NCBI GenBank assembly: GCA_029717555.1
Contig: JAMDHS010000019.1
Span: 186,001-250,000 of the forward strand
Reading direction: 5' to 3'
DNA: 64,000 nt
Source of the DNA: Peribolospora baueri
Taxonomy: Eukaryota
The notes under the pieces were generated by a model that searched no databases, was not told the DNA's origin, and worked only from the letters and a program-made list of their open reading frames with translations. Both the position numbers and the translations under genes were made by a program. Positions 61,757 to 64,000 of this stretch are shown piece after piece. Numbering within the stretch: position 1 is the stretch's first letter; each line of letters starts with the position of its first letter.

Positions 61757-63246
61757 ATGAGGGGCGTGCGCATTCTCACATTTGTCCTTCCGCTGCTGCT
61801 GCTGCTGGCCGGCTCTGCTAGGGTGGTTCTTGCTTGGGACAAGTTTGACCATGAGGTAAGCGAGCGGGCTCGCTTGCGCAGCAGGAGGGGGACCCCCGGT
61901 TTGTTTTTCTATCCCATTGTTCACAAGTCTGACCAAAACTACACTCTTTTCCATGTATTTGGCTTCTCAGATCTTTGATTTGCAGTCCCAGCTAGAGGTG
62001 GCGGAAGGGAAGGGCACGACGTTTTATTCCTTCATGAACATCACCCAAAAGGCGACAACGCAAGAAATTGAGAGGGCTTTCAAGAAGAGGGGTCGCCAGC
62101 TACAGTGAGTGTCCATCTTGCACCGCCCTGGGGCCCTTACGGAAACGTGAGAGTGCTTGACGCTTTCTTTTTTCATACCACGTGCATCTCACTTTTGTTG
62201 ACGACGCGATCCCCCAAACCAACCCGATTTCGTCTTCCCTCGCAGCCCTGACAAAAACCGAGGCGTCAAGAACGCCCACGACCGCTTCGCAAGGCTGGGA
62301 GTGGTTGCAAACATTCTTCGCAAGAGAGAGCTACGAGAGAAGTACGATTTCGTGAGTACGCGTAATCGTCCTTGGAAGCGGACTGGTCGGAGCCGAGATC
62401 AAGCCTGGTTGTTCGCAGCCTCCCTTCGCGGGTGTGCGTGCTGATGTTTCCTCGCTTTGATCAACCCTAAAGTTCCACGACAATGGCTTCCCTCGCTGGC
62501 GTGGCACCGGCTACTACTACTCCCGCTTCCGCCCCGGCTTGGGCACAGTGGTAGTCTTCCTATGTCTGGTCACCTCCCTCATCCAACTGCTCGTTCAACA
62601 CATCACATACCGACAGGACCTAGCGCGCATCTCGCGCATCCTCACGGCCGCGCGTTTCGTTGCTTGGGGACCTCGCTTCACGCCTCAGAAGGGACGCAAG
62701 AAGGTCCGCGTGCCGGCCAACGGCTTCCCAGGCATGCCCGCGCCGGCGACGGTAGGAGTTGAGCTGAGCCCGGAGAAGAGCAAGGAGGCCCTCCAAGCTG
62801 CTGCAGCGGGTGTCGAGTACGAGTACAGAGGAAGGCCTCTGACTTGTATGGTGGAGGGCGAGAAGGTATTCGTGGTGAACGAGGAGGATGGCGAGGAGTG
62901 GGAACTCGACGAGCAAGCGACCACCAAGCCTGGTCTGTTCACTACCACTTGGTCGGCCAAGCTCGTCCGATGGGCCGCCGATAGGACCGTCTGCGCGGGT
63001 TTGCGGAGGGCGGGACTCATTAAGGAAAGCCAAGGGTTAGGCGAGGAGGAAGAAGAGGAGCAAGTGGAAGAGGAGCAAGTCAGCGAAACCGTCTCCACCT
63101 CCACCCCAGCCGATTCTGACCGTAACGCGACAGGCGAGAGCGGCACATCGACGCCTGTCCAGGGCAACGGCAACGGCAAACCGTCCTCCTCCGCCGTCTC
63201 GAAATCTCGTGCCGCGAAGAAGCGCAAGGGGGGTAAGCGAAAGTGA
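61757..63246 (+). CDS. ER membrane J-domain protein (Erj5-like)
   Basis: Signal peptide, WDKFDHE/IFDL, HPD split by an intron (CA|C CCT GAC), RYDF-like [26 protein letters not shown], and a TM helix. Confidence 0.9.
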
Positions 63247-63798
63247 AGGCTGAGCGAGGGGGAGCGGAAGCGCGGGCTCCCCTTCCTCTCATCGTCGAGG
63301 TCTCGCGAGCTGTCGTACGTAGCATACATACCTCGTTGGACCTGAATAGACATGTCGTCGCACGGACTTTCTGCTCTCTTCCCTCTCTCTGAGTTGACCG
63401 ACGGTTCATTGCGAAAGGAATAAAGGCAGAGCCCCGCGAGGGCGTGCTCTATGTTTTGCGTCGCAGACGGTCTATGATACGACCTAAAGACCCCGTACGT
63501 CGTACATACATGTATAAACGGAAGCTTCCACCTTCCTTCCTTCGTTCCGCCGGAATGCCCTCCGCTTGCTCGAATGACGTGGTGCACAGTTCCAGATCCT
63601 TAGAAGAAGAAGTGAACGAGCGAGCGGACGATAATATGGCAAAAAGAGAGGCAGGGTAGGGTGTGTGCCTGTCTCCCCACATCACCCTCTCACGCAGACA
63701 TCAGATCCAGCACATGTATCCCGCCTGCGCCGGTCAGCTCCATCCACGGATCGACCCCTCGATCAACCGATCCAACTGTTTGATCGTGAACGGCCAAG

Positions 63799-63921
63799 TC
63801 AGTTGAGTTCGTTGATGACGGCGGCGGTGAAGTCGGAGGTCGTGGCGGTGCCTGCCATGTCCGCTGTCCGGACCTTGCCTTCGGCGATGACCTTGTAGAC
63901 GGCAGCGGCGATGTTGTTAGC
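63799..63921 (-). CDS. IDH1: Last exon of an NAD-dependent isocitrate dehydrogenase subunit (gene continues beyond the window)
   Basis: ANNIAAAVYKVIAEGKVRTADMAGTATTSDFTAAVI. Confidence 0.7.
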   Translation of the reverse strand, partial: ANNIAAAVYKVIAEGKVRTADMAGTATTSDFTAAVINELN

Positions 63922-64000
63922 CTAAAGGAAAGGGAGAATAAGTGAGCGGGTTAGAATGGAGGCGAAAGAAGACGGGACTCGCCCCGTTCCATACCACGAG

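Overview
Gene-dense, GC-rich, intron-rich eukaryotic DNA from a fungus, most likely a basidiomycete (inferred from protein similarity and GT(G/A)(A/C)G...YAG short introns). I can reconstruct about 20 conserved housekeeping genes by splicing across frames: two-box HMG protein, Nup49/58-type nucleoporin, RPS12, calcineurin B, SAP18, CHS5, SKI8/Rec14, VPS41, GTR1, glycine cleavage H, an SAM methyltransferase, a Ssp1/Sak1-type kinase, DRG1/RBG1, TCTP, a POF1-like nucleotidyltransferase, an alpha/beta hydrolase, GMF, an MFS transporter, TRS23, MPP-alpha, an ER DnaJ protein and the 3' end of an NAD-IDH subunit. Two accessory-looking blocks stand out. The first (about 0.6-3.6 kb) holds a spliced gene with a cryptic GIY-YIG-like nuclease signature, an orphan ORF, and a WC-1/VVD-type LOV domain that is cut off mid-fold. 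The second (about 38.6-41 kb) holds a CpG-depleted, frameshifted relic with a decayed C2H2 finger and a SnoaL/NTF2-like orphan. There is also a candidate intergenic C/D snoRNA, telobox-like promoter palindromes and a nucleoporin repeat region that lacks the Gly of FG. All family assignments come from remembered motifs, not database searches. Exon boundaries were read by eye.
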